In this document: piece after piece, positions 37,165 through 49,462 of the stretch
Layout: every line of letters begins with the position of its first letter
Position numbering within the stretch: the first letter of the stretch is position 1
Assembly (NCBI RefSeq): GCF_036971445.1
Contig: NC_091482.1
Location: 46,066,001 to 46,130,000, forward strand
Direction of reading: 5' to 3'
Length of the DNA: 64,000 nucleotides
Source: Narcine bancroftii
Lineage: Eukaryota
Made by a program: the position numbers and the translations under genes
The notes under the pieces: model-generated
The model's input: only the letters and a program-made list of their open reading frames with translations
The model's database searches: none
Told to the model about the DNA's origin: nothing

Positions 37165-37760
37165 CACAGAACTTTATGGCACAGCCAAGGCCCTTCAGCC
37201 CACTATGTTGCAATGACCTATATATACCTAAAAAAAACCCCGAAACCCTCCCTACTTCGTAACCTATTTTTCTTTCATCATATGTCTCTCTTAAATGCCC
37301 CCAATGTTCCAGCCTCCCTGGCAAGGCATTCCAGGCACCCACAACTCTCTGGGTAAAAAACATACCCCTGATGTCTCCCCTAAACTTCCCTCCCTTCACA
37401 TTGTACAGATATCCTCTGGTGTTTGCTACTCCCTCCCTGGGAAACAGGCACTGGCTTTCCACCTTATCTATGCCTCTCTTAATCTTGTAGACCTCTATTA
37501 ATTCTCCTCTCCTCCTTCTTTCAAAGGGAAAAGTCCCAGCTCTGATAACTTTGCCTCATACATATTTTCCAGTTCAGGCAACATCCTGGTAAATCTCCTC
37601 TGCATCTTTTCCATAGCTTCCATATCCTTCCTATAATGAGGTAACAGGAACAGAACACAATATTCTAAGTGCATTTGTAGAGATGCAACATCACATCGCA
37701 ACTCCTGAACTCAATCCCCCGACTAATAAAGCCCAAGATCCCATTGGCCTTCTTAACCTT
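37165..37760 (-). mobile_element. CR1 LINE 3' fragment
   Basis: HLEYCVLF..PHYRKDMEAMEKMQRRFTRMLP and FFTQRVVGAWNALP motifs. Confidence 0.85.
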
Positions 37761-38823
37761 GAATGCCATTCCCATCTCCCAGTCCCCCAATTTCAACATC
37801 CTGAGGATCTCTGGTGATCCAAAACTAACATAAACACTGTGGCTGCAGGATAATAATTTGAGAATGAGTTATTGTCAGACACATAAGTGCAATATGTACA
37901 GGTGCACTGAAATTCTTACCTGCTGCACCCGAACAGGCACGTAAGATACACCAGCTATAAAAAGTAGATACTAAATTACTCCAGTACAGAAAGAGATAAA
38001 AATATAAAGGAAAGATAGATACATAAATATTCACGGTCACTACTAATCCAAGAAAACAAAAGTGATGTTTCAATACTGCAGACTGGAAATCTTGTGTTTC
38101 TCTCCCTGGTTCATCAAAGCCCCACCATCAACAAGGTACATCAATGCGTTGAAATACTCTCCCATTGACTGGCTGAGCAGAACTCCAAATCAAAAACAGC
38201 CTCACACCATCCGCAGCTCGCTTTATTGTCACCTCGTTCTCCACCCTAAACGTTCACTCAGGAAAAGCTGAAACATTCAGCAGGTTGGGCTACATCTGAA
38301 GGAAGAGAAGCAGAGCTAAGCTTTCAGGTCAAAGGTTCTCCAGTTCTAACGAGCACAAGGGGTGACACAACAAGGGTTCCCACCATTTCCTGTCTTTAGT
38401 TTGGATTTCAGCGCCTGTTGTGCCCTCCTTTACTACACACCTACCTTCGACAAAATACACAAAAGTTACTGCGGGACGCCAAAGAAGGTATGTGGAGAGG
38501 GCTCAAGTCCACACGGCCTCCTCCAAGTAACAAACCATTTTGACTGGGAAATACTCCTCATCACCACTGCTTCTAAACTTCACTGGAAGTGTTTAAAGAA
38601 GGTAGAACACCACCATTACCTTCATAATGGGTTTTAGAGAGAGCCAGTAAATTTCTAAGTAATTTAAAAACTTGTGCTGAATTTTCTCATTAGCTGAGGA
38701 CCTTCCAGTCTAATCCAACATTAATAACATAGAAGAAGTTATTTTACATCAAAATCATGAGATTGGGTGAACGCAGAGAGTTATTTGCCCAGAGCAGATT
38801 TACCAAAGAAGATAGGTTTAAGG

Positions 38824-39143
38824 CAGTGGTTCTCAACCTTTTGCTTTCCACTCGCATACCACTTTAAGTATTCCCAATGCCATCATGCTCTGTGATTAGT
38901 AAGAGATTGCTTAAGGTGGTATGTGGGTGGAAAGAAAAAGATTGAAAACCACAGTTTTAATCATCCCTAATTGACTTGTTATGTGCATGGTTTCATAACT
39001 CCAAAGGAAATAGGCCAATTACAATTTTTCTCAGGCAAAATATTTCAGTGACAATTGGATCTCGAGCAGTGATTCCCAACCTTCCCTCATCCCACCTTAA
39101 ACAATCCCTTACAGAGATTGATGGCATAGGATGAGAACCACTG
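38824..39143. mobile_element. hAT-Charlie MITE inside a CR1 3' fragment (about 38750-39425)
   Basis: TIR CAGTGGTTCTCA; perfect 8-bp TSD GTTTAAGG. Confidence 0.85.
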
Positions 39144-39557
39144 GTTTAAGGTGAGGGGGGAGAGATTTAACAGGAACTTGAGGGGTAAAACTTTTTTACA
39201 CAGAGGGGTGGTGGGTGTGCAGGATGGGCAGCTGGAGGAGGCGGTTGAGACCGGTGCTATTGCAATATTTAAGAAAAAGATTGAATGGATACATGGATAG
39301 GAAGGGTTCAGAGGAATATGGGGCAGACACAGGCAAGGTGGGACTAAGTAGGTGCGACATTTTGGTCGGTGTGGGCAAGTTGGAATGAAGGGTCTGTTTC
39401 CTCGCTGTCGCCCTCTATGACTCATGACCCAGGCAAGTTGGATAATTTTTGTAACATACCATTTTCTTGTTGAATCATTTTATAACAGATAAAGGAATAT
39501 TCTTTGGGTCAGCACCATGTGGTATTATTAAGAATTAGCCACCCGATGTTGTATCAG

Positions 39558-39607
39558 TAAAGTGACCTTTGCCCCTTCAATAAAGTGACCTTTGCCCTAT
39601 TGTTTGT
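39558..39607. promoter_or_regulatory. Tandemly duplicated DR1 nuclear-receptor element plus forkhead motif (candidate intronic enhancer)
   Basis: TGACCTTTGCCCC (39563-39575) and TGACCTTTGCCCT (39586-39598), followed by TGTTTGT (39601-39607). Confidence 0.5.
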
Positions 39608-40099
39608 TGACGAGCAGTTTTGTTTGTGATTTGGCGATCACTGTCTGCATTGATCTGTTCACAGTTTGCTGTAAATTCATGATGCTGAATGATGCAAACC
39701 TCAGCCAAGAGGGGGTTCAGAACAAAAGAGTAAGGCTCATTTTTGAACCATTAAGTCTAGTTGGGGGGGGGGGGGGGGAGGTGGTGGAAATAATTCCGTG
39801 ATGTCAAGCACCTGATGTGCTCGCTTGAAATCTGTCTGGGCACAGGGCTGTCAAGAATACTCCAGGAATTTGGCTTTGTTGCGAGCCCTAGTGAGGCAGT
39901 TCCTGCTCTTGGATTATGAAATCTGTGTGTTGGATCCAAATGTATCTGGCACAAATAATGTGGCAGAAATAACTAATCCCTAAAGGAAGCCACCTGAAAA
40001 ATGTAAAAACACAGCAGCAGGCTTCTTGACCATTGCCTCTGGCTCCAGCCAGGTGTGCTCTGTCCCAGCAGAGCCCACGTTTGTCTTCACCGGACCAAA

Positions 40100-40992
40100 G
40101 AATTTCCCCACATAGCCAGTGATTCGTCGTTCGATGCGTTCACACAGACCACCCTCCAGAATGGCGGACCATTCCCTTGAGGACCTTTGCTCTGTCCGCT
40201 GCAACAGCAAGGACATCACAGTGGCCAACCATTTTAATTCCACACACCTTTCCCACATTGACATGTCTGTCCATGGCCTCATGTCCTGCCAAGCCTAGGC
40301 TACCCTCAAAATGATGGAACACCTTAAATTCCGTCTGGCCACTCACCAGCCAGAGAGCATTGACATTGACATCTCCAATTTCCATTAGACCTCTCCCCTA
40401 GTCTCTCCCTTTCCTTATTCCTCTGTCTCCCAGCTCCCACCCCTTCACTTCCTTCCCCTATCAGAGAGTTACCCCTCAACTGTTTTTCTGCCAGCTGTAT
40501 CCACCTGCGATCTCTTACCTGCTTAGTTCCCCCTGCCCCTTTGTGGGGATACACCACTAGCCTACTGCAGGGGGTGATCTCTGTACCTGCAGAAAGATCA
40601 CCCAAGGACAGACTACACCTGGCCGTCTGTTAATCAGCCGACCTGAATAGACCAAACTCCACCCAGCCGGCTGTCAATCAACCACCCGGATATAGTCCTG
40701 AGCTGGCCCCTCCCGAGCTAGTCACTCGGGAGTCACCAGTGCAGCTACCACTGTAGCAGAGACTTTTAACCGAATAAACCCTGTTGTACAGTCTTTTTCG
40801 AGTTTTGTGTCTGCTTACTGCTGCAGCTGTGCATCACACCCTTCCTCTCTCATCACCTCCCCTCCTTCTCCTCCCTTAACTTTTTAATGAAGAGCCCAGG
40901 CCCAAAATTTTGGTCACCCTACGGATGCTGCATGACCTCCTGAGTTGTCCCAGCACGTTTTGCACTCGACCCCAGCATCTGCAGACTTTCCA
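40100..40992 (+). mobile_element. Penelope-like element 3' fragment, interrupted by a solo LTR
   Basis: VANHFNSTHLSHIDMSVHGL...HLKFRL GIY-YIG-type C-terminus, then pseudo-LTR GGATGCTGCATGACCTCCTGAG. Confidence 0.7.
40542..40838 (+). mobile_element. Solo LTR (Gypsy-type)
   Basis: TGTGG...ATCACA termini; AATAAA; perfect 5-bp TSD CCCTT. Confidence 0.85.
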
Positions 40993-41444
40993 CCTCAGGA
41001 GAAATTTATTGAACTAGTCAATAGATTATAACTCAGCACTCCATCATTCTGAGGATACCACACAAGAATTTGAGAGGCCCATGTGAAGCAGAATAAATCC
41101 AAATCTTGGTGCAAGATTCTGTCCAAACCTAAGATGAGAATCATCGTGACAGCGGAAGCTGATTCTTCACAAACTCTCAGAAGAGTTCAAGTAAAAACAA
41201 TGTCTTACAGAGAGAACTGATTGAAAAGTATGGTGGTAAACAAAAAAATCCACAGATGCTGAGGTCTAGTACCAGCTAATCGATTGGATTTGAAGAAATT
41301 CTAGCGAAGATGTTCTTTGTTATGAAGATGCAATGTATAATGTTAAGAAAGTGTGTCGAAAGGAAAGGTTTCCATTCCTAGTTGCTTTAAATGAAAGTTT
41401 TATGATAAAAGGGAGTTAGTTTAGCTCAAGTGACATATAGTTAA

Positions 41445-41662
41445 TGTAGTGGTTAGCACAGCGTTATTACAGCACCTGCAACCCAGGTTTGAATCCTGCG
41501 CTGTCTGTAAGGAGTTTGTACGTTCTCCCTGTATGGGTTTCCTCCGGATGCTCCGGTTTCATCCCACATTCCAAAGATGGACGGGGTTAGTAGGCTGATA
41601 GGGCGTATTTAGCCAGCGTGGGCTCGTGGGCCAGAAGGCCCTGTGACCGTGCTGTATCTCTC
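41445..41662 (+). mobile_element. HE1-like V-SINE
   Basis: A/B-box head and V-domain. Confidence 0.8.
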
Positions 41663-42904
41663 AAAGTATATTCCTATTGGATATGACTTAGCTTAGTAGA
41701 AGCAACTTCCATACTAATCACAAGGTAGCAACTTAGATAAAGATGTGTGTCTATAGTTCAATCATTCGATTCTCAGCTGCACCCTGCTTCTTTTAGGAAT
41801 CCGTAGCATCTGGCTCTTCACTCATTGCGCAAACTTCCCGATTTCAATGCTAACTTCTTCCAGCCCAATCACATGGTGAGCAACCATTATGGTTTTGATT
41901 TGATGCCCATGATTCGGGTTTTTGGCCATTGTTTCACTCTACTCTGTGGTCAAGTCTCAAGTCAACGCATAAGGAGGCCTTTCATCCCATCAGGTACAGG
42001 ACAATTTCACCATTCGGATTTCCCACAACTATTGACTCCCCCCTGACTTTCCCGCTAACCACCCACATGAGCAGCAAGCTTGCAGGAACCAACTAAACCA
42101 ACCAGCACGTCTTCAGGGTGAGACGAAAAACTGAAGTAACCAGGGAAACACCCACACAGTCGCACGTAAACCAACAGAGGTCAGGATTGAACTTGGTCTC
42201 TGGAGCTTGAAGAAAGAGTACACGCTGCAGGAGCCATCAAGGCAAGATAATTCAAGTTTTTTAAATTGGTTATGTTTTTGATAGAACAGAGAACATTACA
42301 GCACTATACAGCCCACGATGTTGTGCAGACCTACATAAACCTACCCCCCAACAATCTAACCCTTCCCTCCCTCACTGCCCGGAACCCTCCATTCTTCTTT
42401 CATCTCTGTGCCTAAAAGTCTATTATACCAGCCTTCCCCACTAACAGCGAGCCACGCCAATTTTAAGCTTCCATATTTTTTACTATTTATTTTCTGCAAT
42501 TTCTTTTGCCAGTTGTCTGAGGCTGCCAATTGCTTAAGTTCCAGATGGCAGGGGTTTTACTGTTCAATAGTACACATTAAATCAAATTAAAAGGCAATAA
42601 TTCATACAAAAGATGGATAATAAAAGTGGAAATTGTGGAGTTTTATTAAAGAGCTGAAAATGAACTTATCACAAACTATGAACATTTACATCATGCCCTC
42701 TGAGTAATCTTTACAGAAAAATCCTGGAGGAACTCAACAGTGTCCAAAGAGGCTAAAGATATACCATGGACGTTTTGGGCTTGACCGCTCTTCAAGATCT
42801 GAGCAAAAAGCAGGCAGGCTTCAGTTTTAAAAACTGAATTGAGTTATTTATCAAATGACTCCAGTCAGTGCTTCTTATTTCATGATACTTTTGTCAATAT
42901 GTAC

Positions 42905-43480
42905 AGTGATAGAACAGATCTATCACCAACTTACAGAGTGTATATAGTTACTGTATCTAGACTGTGCTTACAGCGATTGGCTGAGAGCTAAGCCACACCT
43001 ATTGTCTGGGCCTTAAAGGGTTGTGTCCCTAGCCAGGTCGGATCATTCCGGACTGGTCGGCCACCTGTGAAGAGCTCCTGTCTTTTGCTAATAAAATTGT
43101 AGAGCTCGTCGAAAGAACCAAAGACTTGTTGATCCTGTCAGACCCCCTGACCGCTACAGTCCTTGACCTACCCCTTCCTTTCATTCTCTCCCTCGTTTTT
43201 GTTTTTTTTGGCCCAGGGTCAGTTCTCCAAGAAGGGGTGAATGTGATAGTACAGATCTATCACCAACGTACATAGTGTATATAGTTACAGTATCTAGACT
43301 GTGCTTACAGCGATTGGCTGAGAGCTAAGCCACACCTATTGTCTGGGCCTTAAAGGGTTGTGTCCCTAGCCAGGTCGGATCATTCCGGACTGTCGGCCAC
43401 CTGTGAAGAGCTCCTGTCTTTTGCTAATAAAAGCCTTGGTTTGGATCAACAAGTCTTTGGTTCTTTCGACGAGCTCTACA
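42905..43480 (+). mobile_element. Miniature two-LTR Gypsy derivative with internal deletion and inversion
   Basis: Near-identical LTRs 42905-43096 and 43242-43480; PPT AAGAAGGGGTGAA; 5-bp TSD TGTAC. Confidence 0.85.
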
Positions 43481-43734
43481 TGTACACACTTAATAAACAT
43501 GCTTTCTAATACCTTGGCTGCCTAAAAGATGGACTGATTTTAATCCCCACCAAAAGCAGTGCGCACTGTCAAATCTAGCAGAAACCCTCGGCGCTCACCA
43601 TTTTCCTGAGGTCAGTTCTGTTGACATTAGTGATTTGTAGCTCAAGGTTGTTTGAACCAGTGTTGAAGATTATGTAATCTTGTTGCTCAAAGTCCTGTGA
43701 TCTTTTGTTCTGTTCAGTACATGTTTTGTTTTTG

Positions 43735-44265
43735 TGAAACCATCGGGAACAGGTGGAGACTGCATCAGTGGGTCGCTCAGGTCTGTCCACTGCAATAGCG
43801 CGGATCTCTCAGTGGCCGCCAATTTGAATTCCCCATCATATTCTCTTGCTGACATGTCTGTCCGTGGTCCTCATGCACTGCCGGACCCACAAATCTTCTG
43901 ATTGGGCCCCCTCCAACAGGATGGCATTAATAATGATTTCTCTGGCTTTTGATAAACAGCCCTCCCTTCACTTCTTCCCCACCCCCCACTCGCCCCCCCC
44001 CCCCAGTCTCTTCCCCAGCTCTGTCTCTTTCCTTTTTCCCTGTTTCACACAAGCGTGATAAATACTTGCCGCGTCCCTTATCATATCCCATTAACACCTT
44101 TTGTTGGCACCGTCTAAATTCTGAGCTTTTTGAGATTTCGTGCTTCCGACTCATTCTCCTTATTCCCTGAAGAAGGGCTCAGATCCGAAAAAATCGGCAG
44201 TATACATTTTTGGTTTTTATGGATGCTGCAAAGACCGGCTTAGTTCCTCCAGTACTTTGGTGTCA
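43735..44265 (+). mobile_element. Penelope-like element 3' fragment
   Basis: GIY-YIG-type end (VAANLNSP...DMSV.GL) and CTGAAGA-GGGCTC...CCGAAA core at 44167. Confidence 0.65.
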
Positions 44266-44331
44266 CCAGGCTTTCATGTTCACCCAGCCTTCTGACTCCC
44301 AAATCATGTCAAACATCATTATTCTGTGATC

Positions 44332-44694
44332 CAGGGTCAGTGCCAAGGGGAGGGCATCTCTGGGCATTGTGCCCCCCCCCAGTGAAGTGTTGTGCCCCCT
44401 CCATAAGGCCGTGATCCTCGCTCGCCGTCAGATCCGCCCCCTCCTCCCTCCGGCATCACTAGCGTGCGTCTACCTTGACACCTACCAGCAACTCTCCACC
44501 CACGCCCGGCTGCATCACTAGTGTGCGTCAAGCGTCAGTAGCATCTAGTGATAAAAGCAGCGCACTTGTCACCTACACTGGAGGGGCAGATAATGTTAAC
44601 AGCCCCCTGTCCCCCCACTGAGTGTGTTTATGTGCGTGGCACACCCCAACACGCTAATGCCCCCCCTCTAACATTCGTTCTGGTGCCGATGCTG
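44332..44694. mobile_element. hAT non-autonomous element
   Basis: Perfect 8-bp TSD CTGTGATC; inverted homologue of 6003-6427. Confidence 0.8.
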
Positions 44695-44830
44695 CTGTGA
44701 TCATGTCCAAATCTTTTTATATGGCCAATAAGTTGATGTCATACACATTGCACAATGTTCATTTGCACCAAAATTCTTACTGGCTGCAGCAGGACAGTTA
44801 CTTGTTAAAAACAAACTATTAAAGAACCCA

Positions 44831-45072
44831 TGGGGCAGCACAGTTGGTGCAGCAGTTAGCACAACACTGGTATAGCACCAGCAATCAGGACTGGGGTTCA
44901 AATCCCGCGGTGTCTGCAAGGAGTTTATAAGTTCTCCCTGTGTATGCATGGGTTTTCCCGGGGGGCTCCAGTTTCCTCCCACCATTTAAAAACGTACTGG
45001 GAGTGTAGGTCAATTGGGTGCAATTGGGCGGCATGGACTTGTGAACCGAAAGGGCCTGTTACCGTGCTATGT
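44831..45072 (+). mobile_element. HE1-like V-SINE
   Basis: GGGGCAGCACAG head, GGGTTCAAATCCC B-box and V-domain. Confidence 0.8.
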
Positions 45073-45304
45073 GAATGTATAATAACAAACTTAATTGAAA
45101 AATATATTCACAGTAATCCTAGTGCAAAAAAGGTGACATGCAATAGAGCAGACGGTTGTCTTGTTGGAGCAGTTTCCGATTCGTGTAACAAGGGGAGGTT
45201 TTAGAGCCTGATGCCTGATCCAGATGTGAGTCTGTTGTCATACCAGGTCACTAGATGATGCATTTCCCAACACCAGCACTGAACCTCTTGAGATGGTCCC
45301 AATT

Positions 45305-45735
45305 TAGAATCAAGAATTAGAATTTAGTTTCATGAAATCCATTATTTCATGACAGTGCAAATATTGTTATAAAATTAGATTTAAAATAAAATAAATCAGT
45401 GCAAATAAAAAGGAAAGTGAGGCAGAGTCTGTGGTTTGTTGTCTGTTCAGGAATCTGATGGCAGAGGGGAAGAAGCTGTCCTTGTGCCATTGAGTGCTCG
45501 TCTCCAGGCACCTGTACCTTCTTCCTGATGGTAGCAGAGTGAAGAGGGTAGTGGGGGGTCCTTGAGGATAGAGGCACCCACTCTTGTAGGTGTCCTCGAT
45601 GGTGTGAGGACTGGTGCCCGTAATGGTGCTGGCCGAGTTCACAACTCTCTGTAGCTTTTCCTGTCCTGTGCATTGGCACCTCCATACCAGACAGAATGCT
45701 CTCCATGGTACATCTGTAGGAACTTGCAAGAAATT
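45305..45735 (-). mobile_element. Rex-Babar LINE 3' fragment
   Basis: YRCTMESIL, LQRVVNSA and LFTLLPSGRRYR..SFFPSAIRFLN motifs. Confidence 0.8.
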
Positions 45736-46634
45736 TAATCTGTTTGATTGAATATTTGACTGATATTTCTCCAGAGTGTTTCCTGACTATAGCCCCAGGA
45801 CAATTCTCCAGTTTTGTACACTTGCTCATTACCATTGTTACTGACAGCTGGCATTATCCATGTTGTTCAATCACTTCACGTATAAATAAAAGGCATAATG
45901 TTATTTGTTAGCACACTTAAATTTAACCTGCATTGTTTAAAGTTTAAAGTTTAAAGTTCACCTTCACTACATAAAATGACAAGCTCCTCTTCAAGAGAAG
46001 GTGGCTGGAGGAGACATTGAGATAATTCTTCTGGGATTAAGGAATTGCAGGGATAGGACGATGCCAACAGGGGACACCAGTGATGACCAATCAGCTCACG
46101 TAAAAGGAAACCTGCGGATATCCACGGACACTTCGGCAGTGTACATCTGGGGCTGAGGGTGGAAGTCCTTCTAGAACCCAGTGCGCGACCTGGCAACAAT
46201 TAGCTTTGGTCGACCAGGAAAAGTGTGCAATCCAGGGCTTTCAGAAGAGCTACAGGAATTCCTGGTGGTAGAGGCAAAATGAGGGAGAGACATTGTGGGT
46301 TTCAGGGGTCTCTTCGGCCACAGATGAAAAGGCAGTGTGAAGGCCGGAGACTTCAGCAGGAGATTAGCCCTTCATTTAGCATCTGAATCACTGGCAGATT
46401 TAATTACCTGGTAGGTGAAGAGATGAGAATTTATTGCAAGGAGCATTAGTAGAATGAACAGATCCATCAAAATTCTTACTTGCAACTTCCACACAGGTGT
46501 GTAAAGCACACCTTTAGATTTAGTCGATTTAAACATCTGTGTTCTCCTGCTCCACTGCGAGACACATTACTACTTCCCAATGCCATCATATTCCCCGTTC
46601 TTAATGAATCCCAAAATGCTGTAACTGTCTACAT

Positions 46635-46799
46635 CAGCCGGCTATGGACCTTGCTCAAAGTTTATGGGGCCCTTTCCCTGTGAAGCAGTCACGTTTTGAT
46701 TTCTTCCGTACATCTATTTGAGGTGAAAAGAAAACAGGGCTTTTACTTAAATGTGCTGTGGCCCTCAGTGGACAGTAGAGTCTCCGTTGAGAATGGCTG
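46635..46799. mobile_element. hAT MITE
   Basis: CAGCC...GGCTG; TSD GTCTACAT/GTCTACAC. Confidence 0.75.
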
Positions 46800-47339
46800 G
46801 TCTACACCACCAGTCATTTTTAGTTGATTATATCACCCCATTTCTCACCAATCAACAACTGTCATCAATCATAACGTAGAGCTCATGTTCTACCTTCATT
46901 TCCCATCACACACTGAAGCAGCCCTGCACCAGTGTCCCAGGTCTCCTTGTGGGGTTGTTGCTGGGCCTGGCAAAGCTAGCTGTTCACAGGTTGAGGCGGC
47001 AAGCCATCGAGGGTTCAGCGGCAGCCAACTACCTTTTGGGGTTACATCCGAGTGCGTGCGATGTTAGAGCAAGTGCACACAGTCTCCGAGGGGACGGTGG
47101 GTGAGTTCCAGGAACAGGGGATTGAGTGTGTTGTCGATAGTGAGAACCGGATTTTAACCTGAACCTGTAAAGAGTACGTAACAGAGGGACGGAATTGATT
47201 TTCCGCTTATCAGGAAGATTTTAAAATGTAACTAGAATGCTTAGATGTAGTTTGTGTAGTTTTGTCATGTTGTTATCTGAATAAACTACTTTTGTATGTA
47301 AAATAAAGTGTCCCAGCTATTCAACTGTGATAGTCACAT

Positions 47340-47510
47340 CAGCCAAAAGTATTACATTGGAGAAGGTGGGACATAACCAGCACAGACATGCAGGGAAAGA
47401 AATGCTTGCAAGTTCCTGATGCGTTAGAAGAGATGATTCTGGCAATTATAGGCTGGGCCATTGCTGGGGACATGGTGAAACACCGAGCTGAAACTACTGA
47501 AGATGCATTA
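47340..47510 (+). pseudogene. Possible remnant of a Harbinger Myb-like accessory gene
   Basis: LQVPDALEEMILAIIG resembles the L..LEE.V..IIG motif downstream of Harbinger Myb domains; weak. Confidence 0.3.
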
Positions 47511-47589
47511 TCCTCAGAACTAATTCTCCTTCTTGAGCTACAATTTCTTCCCATTACAATGCCATAGATGCAAATACCTTTCATTTATT

Positions 47590-47835
47590 TGCAACATGGT
47601 AGAAACCATTTAAACCATGCTACCCAATTAACCTACAACCCTGTATGCTTTGGAGAGTGGGAGGAAACCGGAGCACCCAGGGAAAACCCAGACAGACAAG
47701 GGGAGAATGTACAAACTCCTTAAAAAGAGCAGTGGATTCGAACCCAGGTTGTGAAAATATGCAAACTCCTTAAAGACAACACCAGAATCAATCCTGGATC
47801 AGTAGGTGTTGTAATCGTGTTGCGCTAACCTCTAC
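47590..47835 (-). mobile_element. HE1-like V-SINE
   Basis: Reverse V-domain GGAGGAAACCGGAGCACCCAGGGAAAACCCA. Confidence 0.75.
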
Positions 47836-49275
47836 AACTTCTCTCAGGTAAGGAGGGAGGAAAACTGAGAGGGGAATGCAGGTAAAAACGTAAATTCCAC
47901 TTCGTAGCCATAAACTCTGACACCAACAAATGCACAAACTTAGTAAATATTGTGGAGGCAAGGCATGGTGAGTCAAGCTGGAGCTCGCATGGGGAAGCAG
48001 TTAGTGCTGCTACGCTACACCAGAGGCTACGTTAACCAAGCAGTGCCATGCAGAATTTAGATGAGTCAGTGAACCTGTGATAGGAGCAGATTGGCAGCTG
48101 AAGACAACAGAATGCGTGCATTAGGTCATATGCCAGGAAGCCTGTATTCACTGTCAAGATGAAGACGTTTGCTGCCAACTTGGCAAAGGGCTCTGTGCCG
48201 AGCTTGGAGCCCACCCTCTACCCAGCACGGCAGTGGCCAACTCCTCTGGCACCCATGATGGCAACGCTCAGCTTATGACTCCACAGAGGCAGCTGCCGCT
48301 CTTTGTCTGAGTACTGGGGTGCAAGCACACGCAGCCCGCTGCCCGCCTCCCCCCGTCGCAGAAGCTCAATGTGTGCTTAACGGGCTCTCAGGATGCCAGA
48401 GTGCCCTGGCGTTCCAACCTCCAGCAGGTTACTGGGGCCACTGAGCCCATCCCAGGGCAGTGGCAGTATCTCTTCTCCACATTCAAGACCAAACTCCTTC
48501 CTGGGCAACAGGAACTCAACCCACTCCCCACAATGATATTGGTTCAAGGTTCCTTTTGTTGTCACATTAAAAATGTAACATACACGATTCACTTTAACTT
48601 TTCACTGCCTTAAAGTCAACAAAGGTTTGCCATGAGCAAACAATAGGACAAAGGGAAACAAAAGGGACTCCCTTCAGAGCCACTGTGTCTGTGGATTCAC
48701 CTCCAAAGCTCCCGCAGCCTCTGCAGCCGCACAGACTCCTGTTCGATACATCGGCCGCCTGAGCTCCAGATCCAATCTCTGACACGATCAGGATACCTTC
48801 AGTGCCCGAGGCCCTTCTGGAACCCTTTTTGCCCTCAGCACCCTCTAGAATCCCGGCTCCATCATCCAGCTGTCCTCTAGGACCAATTACAATGGTAATG
48901 ATGGTAGCACATAGGCACCCAAATTCTTGCTCGCTGCTATCAAACAGGCAATTGTAAATAAAACTATTATCATAAAGATAATTAAATTAGGAGACAGCAA
49001 ATAGATTATATAGCTAAATAATAAATATTCACAGTAATCTTGTTAAAAAAAAATGTCTTGTAATAGAGCGGACGGTTCTTTTGTGCTGCCAGAGCCATGC
49101 ACGATAGTGTGCCAAGGGGAGGTTCAAAAATCTGATTGCTGATGGAAAGAAACTGTTCTTGAGCTTAGAGGTGCTGGTGCCCATGGTAGCAGTGTGACGA
49201 GGTTGTGCCCAGGGTGATGTCAGATGCTTTCTTGAAGCAGTGCCTCACATCAATGTCTGCAGTGGACAGGAGGTC

Positions 49276-49462
49276 TTTTGCATCACACCAAATTTTGCAT
49301 CGCATCAAATTTAGCATCGGATAAAAGTTGCATCACATCAAATTTGCGTCGCATCAATTCTGCGTCACATCAAAATTTTTGTCGCATAAAATTTGCATCG
49401 CATCAATTTTGCTTCGAATCAAATTTTGTTTCGCATCAAATTAGTGTCCCATCAAATTTGCC
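49276..49462. repeat. Minisatellite, about 11 copies of a 16-17-bp unit TTTGCATCGCATCAAA
   Basis: Directly visible degenerate tandem units. Confidence 0.9.

Noticed and set aside
38326-38338. DR1-like AGGTCA-A-AGGTTC
   Set aside because: Lies in a degenerate Penelope-type repeat end and has an imperfect second half-site.
49276-49462. CRISPR-like array
   Set aside because: Units are contiguous with no unique spacers, and the context is a vertebrate intron with no cas genes.
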